Of a stretch of 64,000 nt of DNA, positions 44,947 through 55,900 are shown in pieces. The translations under genes were made by a program, and so were the position numbers. The first letter of the stretch is position 1; each line of letters begins with the position of its first letter. Under the pieces are notes generated by a model. The model had not been told where the DNA came from. It worked only from the letters and a program-made list of their open reading frames with translations, and did no database searches. The stretch comes from Piedraia hortae CBS 480.64 (lineage: Eukaryota): the NCBI GenBank assembly GCA_010093745.1, contig MU005965.1:124001-188000 (forward strand), read 5' to 3'.

Positions 44947-45748
44947 CTACTTCTTCTGAGCAGCAGCCTCCTCCGCCTTGGCCTTTGCACGCTTCTCACG
45001 CTGGCCGACATAGCGCGCTTCAGAGCGAGCGTCACGCAGCTTGCGATATGCAGCCTTCTCGCTCGCCTGTCCCGAAATCTTCTCCTCACGGACGACAGCC
45101 TTCTGTACAGTAGGGAATGTCTTCTGTGTGCTGACCACACCGTTCTCGCGGGCAGCCTTGACCTCCTCAGCCGAGGCATCACCCTTCTTGGGCTTCTGCG
45201 GGTTGCGAGGGAAGAGCACAAGCTTCTTCTGGTACGCCTTGAGACGCTCGACGTTGGCCTTGAGCGACTCCTCGGAGAGATTCTGACGGCGGGGGTCGAC
45301 GGCGATACCGATGGTCGGCGCAAACTTGCGCGAGATGCCGGCAGCCTGCAAAACGATAAGTAGATGGAAGTCACAATCCATAGCTCGCCATACCTTCAGC
45401 TCAGCCAGAGAGAAGCCGCGACCGGCACGCACGCGGAAGTTGTACTTGATGGTAGGGCAGTGCACGACGGGACGCAACTTGTCAACGGGACGCGGCGCCA
45501 ACTTGGCTGCCTTTTCCTTGCGCGCATTGCGACGACGCTGCTTGCGACCGGGCTGGAAACCGTGTTAGGTCATCCGCTCACTACAGGCGCCACTGCTCTC
45601 GCCAAGGAGAGGGGAATTACCTGGTCAAAGTGGACGCGGACGCGGCGCTGCCAGTCCTTGTGGAAGTCTACATCGAGTCAGTCGGTTCATTCAGGAGATT
45701 TCTCAACGTACGGTTGTTCGGCAACTGCTGATTGTGCTTGATGGCCAT
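44947..45748 (-). CDS. RPL13: 60S ribosomal protein L13 (eL13); introns 45668-45711, 45553-45620, 45346-45393
   Basis: Spliced product MAIKHNQQLPNNHFHKDWQRRVRVHFDQPGRK...LRPVVHCPTIKYN..VRAGRGFSLAELK/AAGI. Confidence 0.97.
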
Positions 45749-45896
45749 TGATGCGAATTGTCTGCGGCTGTACAGCAAAAGTGCGCCAATCCTTGGTGTG
45801 GGATCAAAAAAGTCTTGGCGGCAGGTGTGCCGAGTGGACGCTAGCCAAATTGGGACATGCAAAAGACGACGAACAACATAATACAGCTACCATTAA

Positions 45897-46602
45897 TCAT
45901 CTAAACTTGTTCACAATGACCGCCAGAATCAAAAGTACCAGAACTGTTATGATAGCAACGGTAACGATTTTGTTTGTCGCCATCCTGCATCGTCAGCGAC
46001 ATTCTCATCGGGCTGTCTCAAACTTACCTTCTAGCCATTCCTCTCAAAGTCTTGTTGCTTCTGTCCGTGTAGCCTTCGCTCTGTAGCAGAGTGTCGCGTG
46101 TACGTTCTATGCCCTCGCGCTGGCGAGCAAGGTCGTTCAAGGTCTCGCTACCAATAGCCTCGGTATCGTTGGCAATGCGCTGAGCCTCGCGCAAACGACT
46201 GCTGGAGCGCTCGAGCCTGTCTGTGCCAGAGAGCAGCTGTTGTCTCTGTTCCAACTGGACATCACCGTCCGGATCGTCCTTGTACCTTCGGCCAAACAGT
46301 GCAGCTTTGTCGTCTTTGAGCCCAGCCAGCTTTCGCTTCGCAACATCAATGTCTCCTTCATAGCCCCGAAATCGCTGATTCACCTTGACCTTGCTAGCCT
46401 GGGGCATATTGCCCTTTTCCAAGCGCATCGATTCGAGAACATCTTTCGCCTCTTCCAACGCGCGCTCCGCCTCACGCACTGCGCTCTTGCGCGCTTCCCC
46501 AGAGAGCTCCGAGATGCTGTCCAGTCGCTGCGACAAGTCGGCCTGAATCAACTGCAGCTCCGCCTCGTAATTACCGAACCTCTCCGACCCGTCAGTTTCC
46601 AT
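45897..46602 (-). CDS. VTI1: Qb-SNARE Vti1; intron 45985-46027
   Basis: Habc domain, QRQQLLSGTDRLERSS, SNARE motif with QRE, C-terminal TM helix in the last exon (IVTVAIITVLVLLILAVIVNKFR*). Confidence 0.94.
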
Positions 46603-46722
46603 GTTGTAGCAGCTGTAACAGCTGTAACGAGGGGCTTGACAGGAGGGCGTCCAATGCTGAGTCATGTAATTACGTCAAAGATGTCAAAAACAGTAAAAAA
46701 AACATCAACCACGATGTAATAT

Positions 46723-47489
46723 TTACAAAGCTTCCTGCAGGACCTGGTTCATGCGCGCCATTTTGGACGACACGCTGAGGTCAATGGTCCGGTCACCGAT
46801 TTCCACAACTAATCCTCCACGGATATCTGGATTCACCTGTGACTGTCAGTAACGTCTACATATACCACATATAATCCCACCTTTGAAATGACCTTGAGCT
46901 TCTTGCCTTGGCCGACGTATTTGCTCTTGGAAACGGCAGACTCCAGCTGCTTCACAATCTTCGCATCTAGAGGCGATGCACTCGTGATTGTCATCTCCAC
47001 CTCACCTCGGGCGGCGCTCATCAACGTAGCAAATTGCTCGCAAACCCCCTTGAGGGCGCCCAGACGGTTGTGTTCTGCCAGCGTCTCGAGAAAGTTCTTG
47101 ACCGTATTGTCCTTGTCCTGGACATTGATAAACTTTTGGAGCTCGGCAATCATCTTGTCCTTGTCGCCGGTTGAAAGGTCGGGAGACGAGAGCACGCTTT
47201 CGAGGTTGGCATCGCCCTTGAAGGTCTTCGACAGGCTTTCCATGGCCCTGGAAACTGAGTCCAAGCTGCCCATTTTGGCTGCAGCCGTGTACTAGTCTGT
47301 CAGCATTGACTCTTCCATAACTGCTGCGAGCCATACCAAGGCGCTGGCATAGGTGCCATCGATGCCATACAGAGGAATCGGCGGCCTTGTATTGGCTTTC
47401 GCGGCCTCAGTGTATCCGCGCCGCGCGGGGGCGACAAAGCGAGGCGCTGCCACGCGCGCGCTTCGGACGACGTAGCGACTGGCGAACAT
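46723..47489 (-). CDS. ATP5: ATP synthase OSCP subunit; introns 47292-47336 and 46837-46880
   Basis: RPPIPLYGIDGTYASAL/YTAAAK, NFLETLAEHNRL, VNPDIRGGLVVEIGDRTIDLSVSSK. Confidence 0.96.
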
Positions 47490-47653
47490 GGTGTCTGGTG
47501 CAGGTTCCAGTCTGCGGAACGCGGAGGAGATTGAATCAAATGGGGTTAGCGCACATGTCACGTGTATCCATCTAACAAGACCTTGGGCCATCTCCGAGGC
47601 GATGCTTACCCGTACAATTACGTCTAAACTGGTATGTCTTTCTTAATGTACAG

Positions 47654-48277
47654 CTATGTCTGAACCGGCCTTTGAACGTTGGCTTCTCCCGGCTCCGTCC
47701 CCCTTTTCGGCTGTCGTAACCACTTCTCATGCTGCACATCACGCACGGGAGTGACTCCCATAACAGGCGGATCGCCTTTCTTGACAAATTCGTAAACCCC
47801 AGGCAGTTTGTTGCCAGCCAGCCGTAGAGCATCCCGTAGGATGGCTTCGTGAACGTTTCCCTTGAGCTCGAACAAGATTTTGCTGACTGCAACACGACTC
47901 GCCCAGTGATCGAAGCTGCCTTTTCCCTTGCCCATTCTCTGATCGTTTCCGCTCGTGTATACTCCAATGTTGGCACATATTCGGTGGTAAAGACGGAATT
48001 TCATGCCACGTAGCCGCTGGCGGATGGTAGCATCGGCAATCTTGAGTTGTTGCGCACTGATCCGTCGGTCGTGATCTTTCAGTCGTAGTCCATAGTCCCC
48101 CCAAACGAGTGTTGTGCCGCGAGTGCTGCCGCCTGTGGGTACTCTCGGCCGTCCTTTGCGTGATTTGCTGCTCTCGCCTGACCTGGGCGACAACCAGTCA
48201 AAGCTGACTCTGCTTGTGGAGAACGCACGACGAAGTGCTGGAAGCTGGAGGACATCTGTTATTCGCTGCATGGCCAT
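47654..48277 (-). CDS. MRPL16: mitochondrial ribosomal protein uL16m
   Basis: KSRKGRPRVPTGGS, WGDYGLRL, RMGKGKGSFDHW, ALRLAGNKLP. Confidence 0.95.
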   Translation of the reverse strand: MAMQRITDVLQLPALRRAFSTSRVSFDWLSPRSGESSKSRKGRPRVPTGGSTRGTTLVWGDYGLRLKDHDRRISAQQLKIADATIRQRLRGMKFRLYHRICANIGVYTSGNDQRMGKGKGSFDHWASRVAVSKILFELKGNVHEAILRDALRLAGNKLPGVYEFVKKGDPPVMGVTPVRDVQHEKWLRQPKRGTEPGEANVQRPVQT

Positions 48278-48351
48278 TGCTTGCTCCCTTGTGTCTGTCG
48301 TCTATCTCGGTCAACGCCCCGGCCCGACCCAAACCCTAGTCATGCATTTGG

Positions 48352-48387
48352 CGCGTCACGACACGTCTGACGCATGACGGGGCGCGT
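48352..48387. promoter_or_regulatory. two MCB-core (ACGCG) elements in the MRPL16/RFC1 divergent promoter
   Basis: CGCGT at 48352-48356 and 48383-48387, within 60 bp of the RFC1 ATG; MCB elements are typical of fungal replication genes. Confidence 0.45.
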
Positions 48388-48408
48388 TTGGCACCTTTCA
48401 CGCCTGTC

Positions 48409-51218
48409 ATGCCTGCTGACATTCGAGCCTTCTTCGGCGGTAAGCCAGAGCCAAAGGAGGAGAAGAAGAAACTGCGTGGGCGCGCGAAGCGCGTCATCGA
48501 CGATGACGAGGATGATGAAATGGAAGACGTCGCCGCGGAGCCAGAGGTGAAGCCGGTCGCCGAGGAGACGACCGCAGATGACTACTTTGCCAAGGGCAAG
48601 AAACCTAGGCGTACTGCTGCTAAGGAAAGTCACACTGAACCGGTGCCAACGCGGACGCGCCCGAAGAAAGCGAACCCTGAGGAAGAAGTCAAGACGACGC
48701 CTCGAGCTGGGAGAAAGAGGAAGACTGTCGAAGATGATCCAGACGACTTGATTGTGGAGGATGTAAGGCCGGCACAGAAGGCGACGCCTGCTAAGAAGAA
48801 GGCTACGCCCAAATCTACGCTGGCCAAGAAGCAGAAAAAGGAGCCGGCCGAGGACAGCTCAGAGATCAAAGCCATTTTTGACAGCATTCCCACCATACGT
48901 CCACCGTCTCCGCCGCCCGAAAATGGTGAAAAGCCCAAGTTCCAATTCGGCGCAAGCCATGCCAATTCTGCGGCCCCTGCCGGCGCAATCGATTCATCAC
49001 AGCTTCCACAGGGCGAGGAGAACTGTCTTGCCGGGTTGACATTTGTGTTTACAGGACAGCTGCAGAGCTTGGGACGTGAGCAGGGCCAGAATCTGGTCAA
49101 ACAATATGGCGGCAAAGTCGTTGGTGCTCCTTCCAAGAAGACCAGCTACATTGTTCTCGGTGAAGATGCGGGTCCTAAGAAGCTCAAGGTAATTAAAGAC
49201 AACAATCTAAAAGTCATCAACGAAGAGGGTCTTTTCGAGCTCATCAAACGGCTACCGGCCAATGGAGGTGACTCAGCAGCAGCAGCGAAAATGGCAGAGA
49301 AGAAGGCAGCAGAAGACGCGAAGATTAAAGCGGAAGCTGCGGAAATGGATCGGCAGGAAAAGGAAAGGCGTGCGGCTGCTGCCAAAGCCGCTTCTCCTGC
49401 TAGTTCTGCAACCGACAAGGGCAAGGCTCGTGCAAGTGATGTTGACAGTCGGCTTTGGACTGAACGATATGCACCGCAGCAGCTTAGCCAAATCTGCGGC
49501 AACAAAGCCCAGGTGGAGAAACTCAGCCGCTGGCTGGAAGCCTTCCCGAAGAACCAGCGCACAAAGTTCAAAATGCCAGGCAAAGACGGCAGCGGCACGT
49601 TTCGAGCCGTCATGATCCACGGCCCTCCTGGTATTGGCAAAACCACGGCAGCCCATCTCGTGGCCAAGCTAAACGGCTACGATGTTGTCGAGTCCAATGC
49701 GTCTGATACTCGTTCAAAGAAGTTGGTGGAGACGGGCCTCAAAGGTGTACTTTCTACGACATCTTTAATGGGCTACTTTGGCCGTGGCTCAGAAGACGTG
49801 GAAGCGTCCAAGAAGAAGTTAGTCCTCATCATGGACGAGGTTGACGGAATGTCAGCTGGAGATCGCGGCGGTGTAGGTGCATTGGCTGCTGTATGCCGCA
49901 AGACCATGGTGCCCATTATCCTCATCTGCAACGACCGCAAACTGCCAAAAATGAAGCCATTCGACTTTGTCACTTTTGACCTCCCATTCAGACGACCCAC
50001 TACGGACATGATCCGCAGCCGCATCAGCACAATCGCCTTCCGCGAAGGGCTGAAGCTCCCGGTCAACGTCATCACCGCCCTTATTGAGGGCTCTGGTTCA
50101 GATATTCGCCAGGTGGTGAACATGCTTAGCACGGTGAAGCTGGCGGCAGCCACCATGACGTTTGAAGAAGGCAAGGAGATGAGCAAGGCATGGGAAAAAC
50201 ACATTATCCTACGTCCGTGGGATATGGTCGGCAAGATTCTCGGCGGCGGTCTCTTCAATCCAGCCAGCCAGAGTACGCTAAACGACAAGCAGGAGCTTTA
50301 CTTTAACGACCATGAATTTGCGCCGTTGATGCTACAGGAAAATTACCTTAATGCGTCCCCTCAGCGTGCGAACCGATTTGACGGTAAACGCAAGAAGCTG
50401 GCGGTGCTGGACCTGGTTAGCCGTGCTGCTGACTCGATTAGTGATGGCGATCTCGTCGATCGTATGATACACGGCAGTCAACAACAGTGGAGTCTGATGC
50501 CGGTGCATGCCATGTTCTCGTTTGTGCGTCCGGCGTCGTTTGTGTACGGCTCGCTGGCCGGTTCGGGACAAACGCGCTTCACGCAGTGGTTGGGGAAGAA
50601 TTCTAGCCAGGGTAAATTAATGCGCATGGTACGGGAGTTGCAGGGTCATATGCGGCTACGCGTTTCTGCAGACCGACACGAGGTGCGGCAGACCTATGTG
50701 CCGGTTCTGTACGAACTTCTCGTACGCCGATTGAAGCTTCGCGGCAAGGATGCCGTGCCGGAGATTATCCAACTCATGGACGGATATTACCTGACCAAGG
50801 AAGATTTTGATGCTATTTGGGAGCTGGGCGTCGGTGAGCTTGATTGGGAAGCACAGGCCAACAAAATCGATGGCTCCGCCAAGGGAGCGTTTACGAGGGC
50901 GTAAGTTGGTTCCGTGCTATTTGGGAGAAAAGTTGCTGACAACGCAGATACAACCAAACATCACATCCACTGCCGTTCATGCGGGCAAGTCAAGTGGTGG
51001 CGCCGAAGCGAGCGCTGACAAAGGAAAAGCCTGATCTCGAGGAAGCGATGGAGGAGTCCGAAGACGAGGCTCTTGACGCGGCGGAGACGGTTGAGGACGG
51101 AGACGAAGACGTGACCAAAGACAAGTACGTGCAAGTGCCAAAGAAGCGCAATACGAAAGCCAAGGCAGCCGCGAAAAAGGAGGATAAGCCAAAAGGGAAA
51201 GGACGGGCCAAGAAGTAG
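48409..51218 (+). CDS. RFC1: replication factor C subunit 1; intron 50901-50947
   Basis: BRCT (CLAGLTFVFTG...GPKK), LWTERYAP, Walker A GPPGIGKTT, MDEVDGMSAGDRGG, RFC1 C-terminal domain. Confidence 0.97.
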
Positions 51219-51751
51219 TTGGGTACGATAGAATCGGGGATTGTATTATAAACGGGGCTTTGAAGAACAAAGGTCTGGACATTGACCGTTTGGCCAGCCA
51301 CCAACGTAGGCTCAGACAATGTCTCTGGTTGAATACGGAAAATGCTCACATGTTAGGGTCACCACAGCCGCTGAGGTCTAGAAAAGACCCTGCAGCCACC
51401 CAATTTTTCATGCTCAACGACTGCCTGCAAGCAATGGTGAAGTCGGCTTACCTAAAAAAGCGATTCACAACAGGCGCGCGCTTTTACACGGGACGCCACC
51501 GAAAAACGGCCAATGAGGGGACGTGACCACGAGATAAACCAGCCAATCAGATGTGCGCGCGACCCCTTGGTTGCGCCTGCCTGAAATAGATCACAGCGGG
51601 GGGTGGCGGCAACGGCAGGCGCAACCGGGGGACGCGCCTTCCCGGACGACCCTTCACGGATCTATTTCCGTACCAGTCGTCCCTCGACCATGGCTTTATC
51701 TTATACGTCGCGCGACACCCTCTCCCCTCCTCCCTTCCTCGCCGGACAACC

Positions 51752-52384
51752 ATGTCCCTCGTCCTGCCTTCTCTCTCTCAGCCTTCTCCTGCCAAGCGGC
51801 CCAAACTGACCTTGAACACGTCCAATCTTGTTGTTTCCCTACCTCCCACCCTCGGCAAAGCGTCGACCAGTTTAACTCTTGATACCTTGTCTGCCACATC
51901 TCCCACGGCCCGCAACACCTTTTGCAACGGCTACTACCACAAGTCGTTTCCATCATCTCCTCCCGATGACTCTGGAACCTCACCTGCATCAACACTATCT
52001 ACCGCGGACTCGCTCGGCACGCCCTACACCCTGTCGAGCTCGGTGCCATCGATCTTGTCCAACAGCCCGCTAGCGGCATCGACGCGTGCGCCCCGCACAG
52101 CCGCTAAGCGGGTAGCCTTTCGCGCCCCGCTGGAGGAGATTATCCAAACGGCAAAGTACACAATGGCTCACTACGATCTTGCCTGCAGTGAGCCTCGGCT
52201 ATCTGCAGCACGACAGGAGGAAGGCGAAGCACACAAAGCCGCGCTGCGGCGCAGCAGCAAGGCTGATGATGACGAACCTAATGACGACAGCAACGACGAC
52301 GACGAACACAACATAATGTATCCCGTGACGCCTGTCGCAGGAAGACGAAAACGCCACCGTCAGTGGCGGTGGACTCTTGAGTGA
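51752..52384 (+). CDS. hypothetical Ser/Pro-rich protein
   Basis: 210 aa ATG ORF; KRPKLTLNT, SPTARNTF, KRVAF, RRKRHRQWRWTL; CT-rich 5' leader and T-rich 3' region. Confidence 0.7.
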   Translation: MSLVLPSLSQPSPAKRPKLTLNTSNLVVSLPPTLGKASTSLTLDTLSATSPTARNTFCNGYYHKSFPSSPPDDSGTSPASTLSTADSLGTPYTLSSSVPSILSNSPLAASTRAPRTAAKRVAFRAPLEEIIQTAKYTMAHYDLACSEPRLSAARQEEGEAHKAALRRSSKADDDEPNDDSNDDDEHNIMYPVTPVAGRRKRHRQWRWTLE

Positions 52385-54479
52385 AGAAAAGTGGAAGAAA
52401 AAGCATCCCCTTTTTACGCAAAGAGGGAAACCGTTAGAGAATACAGGTGCTGCGGGGCATGCCCATTTTGTTTTCTTTTTTTGTTCTCCCAGGGAGCGTT
52501 GCTTTTTTCGTGAGGCACTCTCGTTTTATTTTTGTTTGCATGATACCCCCGTTTTTGTAGCTACACTTTTTTGAGATATTTTGGCAGAACCGTTGTGGTC
52601 GAAAATAGCGAATCGATCAGTTTGCATGACATGCAAAGGAAGATAATATTTTCGTTGTCCGATTTACTTTTTTTGATATTTTGGGAGGAGGATTCTGACA
52701 CCCCCGATTCTTGGTCGCGCATGTGATTACCATTTCTGGGGCATGGCCTTGGGGTGTTCTATTTTTGTTAGGTTATTACGTACTTTACCGTTTGCTTTGA
52801 CAGGGAACAACTCAACGGCGTGATAGGGAGTCTGTTATAGCTCTTCTGGCCCTGCTGCTATGCTGACTTTTCCTTTGGGTGGGGTTAAATTGGGTTTATT
52901 GACATGGGAAAGGATATGAGTCTCGATCCGCTCTAACCAGGTTCGACGGTAAGTCGAATTGCTTGGCAAATGGTTGGGAGGATGGTATTTTGGAGGGGGA
53001 AGAATCGCATCTTGGAGGGGTTGAAAAATTTCTTTGGGCGGGTGGGGTTCAGAGTTGTTCGCTCTACGGTAGGGCTACGGTAGGGCTAGCCTTGTTCCGT
53101 TAATCTGGTCCTCGATCCTTCTTTCGCGGGGAGTGGATGTGAGACGATCACTGATTCTGAGGGTGATGGGGGAGGGAAGTGTTCTGGTGCCTTTCTTCAA
53201 CCTGGTTAGATATGATTACGTGCTGCGTTCTTCTCCTTTTTCTGGATCGGGATGGGGTGCCTTGGGATAGACCCTTCTTTGCAGGGTAGAGGGAAGTATA
53301 CTTACGCTGTGTGGATGAGAATGGGTTATGGAGAGAGGGAAGAGTCGATTTGTCTCTGTCTATAAAGGGGCTTTCTCTTGATATAAGAATATCCAGAAGT
53401 GGAGGGCTATGGGCTTTTCTTCTCTGGGTGGAAGCTGAGCTGGTCGGCTGTCTTTGTCGCTCGGAGGTTTTCAAGTTTTCTTAGAGAATGGTGAAGTGCT
53501 CGGAAAGGATCAGGGAGAGAAGAAGTGGCTGTGTCTTCCATCTAGGCTTACTTTCGAGGTCCTTGAGGTAGATGGATTTCCTGGGTTGGAAAGGAATTGC
53601 TTATGGGGTTTGCTTTGGCTGTGAGCTTTTAGCTGTCTTCTTCGCTGCAAAATTCTTCATCTACCTTAGAGGGGGGAGTTTCCGCAGAGAGAGAGTTGAG
53701 CCTTTGTAAATTGCATGTTGTTTTTGAGCTCTTGAGTCAATATGCTTCTGCATTTCTCCCATTTTGTCTTCTTTGAAGACCTTTTGGCCCTCCTTTACCA
53801 AAGAGACTTTTTTGCAGCCCGTCTTTGAGGTTGATCTTAAATAGAGTACAGTTTCACCACATCCATTATTGTCATTATACCTTGGAATTGAGATGTGAAT
53901 TCACTGCTGCCCCAAGAAAGATCCTCAGATCGATGGTGGCGCTCTCTCTGATTTGGCGTCGGAGTTTGTGTCCTTTGCTTCTTCGAGGTTGGGCTAGGAG
54001 TTCTTCACAATCTTCTTTCCTCCTTTGCGCCAAGGAACTCTTGATTAAATGGCAAAAAAGGGATATCCGTACTTTTTTAAGCCCCAAAAACCTGCCCTGT
54101 GACACTGTACACTAAAAGTCACCGTGCTAACAGGCACCTTCGTACGCAGGGCCAATCTTAGAGTCATTTGTTTCAGTGCACGTAGTAACGTTAGAAGAGT
54201 GGATAAGCAAAGCCGATGATGGTTTCGCTGTAGCCCACTGCTCGTCGTGGGGCTACGAGATACCCGGCGACATTCACAATCGCATTCATAAAATTCATTC
54301 CAGATTCCCGAATCAGGGTCCTCATGAAATGGACAACAGAGTGTCAATGGCAGTCCCTAGATCCCCCCAAAACCCTCCTCTAGTCGGGACGGAGACCATC
54401 AACTTCAAACTGATAATGTCAAGGCGCAGCTCAGAACGAGAATGACTGGCCATCCATGCAAGGTATAATTCGGGTGTAG

Positions 54480-55900
54480 TTTCTGGAGACCCCAGCACAA
54501 CCACATCGGCGAGGGAGGCGGAGTCATTCCGAACCCGATAGAAGATGACCAGTGCTTTTGAACGTCAACACTGCGCTCTGAACTCCCTTGTCGTCGGCCG
54601 TTGAATAGTGTACACCCTAGAGGAGGAGTCATAGGTTCCTCCCACATTCAATGCCAGCACGCGTCGCTTCCACTGTGGTTGGAAGTCCGTTGTAAGGACA
54701 TTGTGAGGGTTGGGCATAAGCAACATAGTACTGCCGTGCGGCTATTTCTTCTCCATCTGTGGCTGGCTGGATTCTGGGAGGTAGTCTTTCACTTCGGAAG
54801 TACCTCGTGATCATTCGGAAAGAGCATTTATTCCCCCGACCAGATCACTCCCCTTCGACTGTGTTTCTCACCTGGGATATGAGTAAACTTCTTCCCCTTC
54901 TTCCCCTCATCCTCTCCTCTCATGAAAATCTCATACCTTCCTCTTCCCCTTTTTTACTGAGGAGACTTCGATGCAGTCATTCGTAAATTAAAGTCGATTT
55001 CAAATGGTTTATAGCCACACCCATTATTGTCATACTATTGCATTTCCAGCCCCCCCGAATTTTCCAGATCCATGCCTGGAGAAGTTATGAGTCTTTTGCT
55101 TCGTCGTCGTTTGGCCAGGAATCATTTATTTGGTACTTGGCACAAAAGCGTTGTATTCGCATTGATTGCGGCCCCAGTCTAGCGATCTTACCGCACAAGG
55201 AACAGTCGCAATGACTGCAGAAATCTTTGTTCGCCGCTCCTAACTTGGGAAGAAGGTTCAAGCGAGGCCGATGACGGTTTTGCTGTACAGTATACCCGTA
55301 GCGAAGAATATGTGGTGACTGCGGCGTGACCCGTGGTATTACATTTTCTCGCTGATTCCACATTTCCGAATCGACCTACTTTTGAAGACTTCAACAGAGG
55401 GTCAACTGCAGTTCCAACAGCTCCCCCAGAAGAGGTTCCTTAGTCGGGATGGAGATCATATTCAACGGCCCAATTTGCCCAAGAGCATCCTTCAGGCTTG
55501 GCATGGCGTGTTTCAGAGGCAAATTGATTGCTCGCTCATGGAAGGTACACTTAATGTACTTAGAACACACCAGCAGACCGCTTTGGTGAGGGTGGTATAT
55601 TCATTCAGAATGAAGTTGACCATTGACCTTTAGTGTCAGCATTTTACTCTCCATACTTCGAAGAGGTGATTCAGAGAGCTGAAACGAGGGTAATCTCTCT
55701 CGCCTGAAGTTTAAAGGCAGCACATCTTCCTTTCACTGTAGTTGGAAGTCCGTTGTAAAATTGTAAGGTTTTCTTCGTCCCCACATGTGCCACAGCGGCC
55801 CAGTCATGGCGTGCAGCTGTTTCATCTCCATTGTAAGGCTACGCTGGATAGAAAGGCGTATGCTAGTGGTGGTTTGCCATCTTCGATTTCGTTGAGTGTG
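54480..55900 (-). pseudogene. two tandem degenerate copies of an unidentified coding relic
   Basis: Shared core cactgt(g/a)gttggaagtccgttgtaa near 54671 and 55734; translations DGEEIAAR..YNGLPTTV and NGDETAAR..YNGLPTTV. Confidence 0.5.

Noticed and set aside
44943..45374. 143-aa Arg/Ser-rich ORF overlapping RPL13
   Set aside because: Alternative-frame artefact of biased codon usage; it starts inside an intron.
53064..53088. CTACGGTAGGG x2, telomere-like
   Set aside because: Only two copies and not TTAGGG; no TAACCCTAA telomerase template seen nearby.
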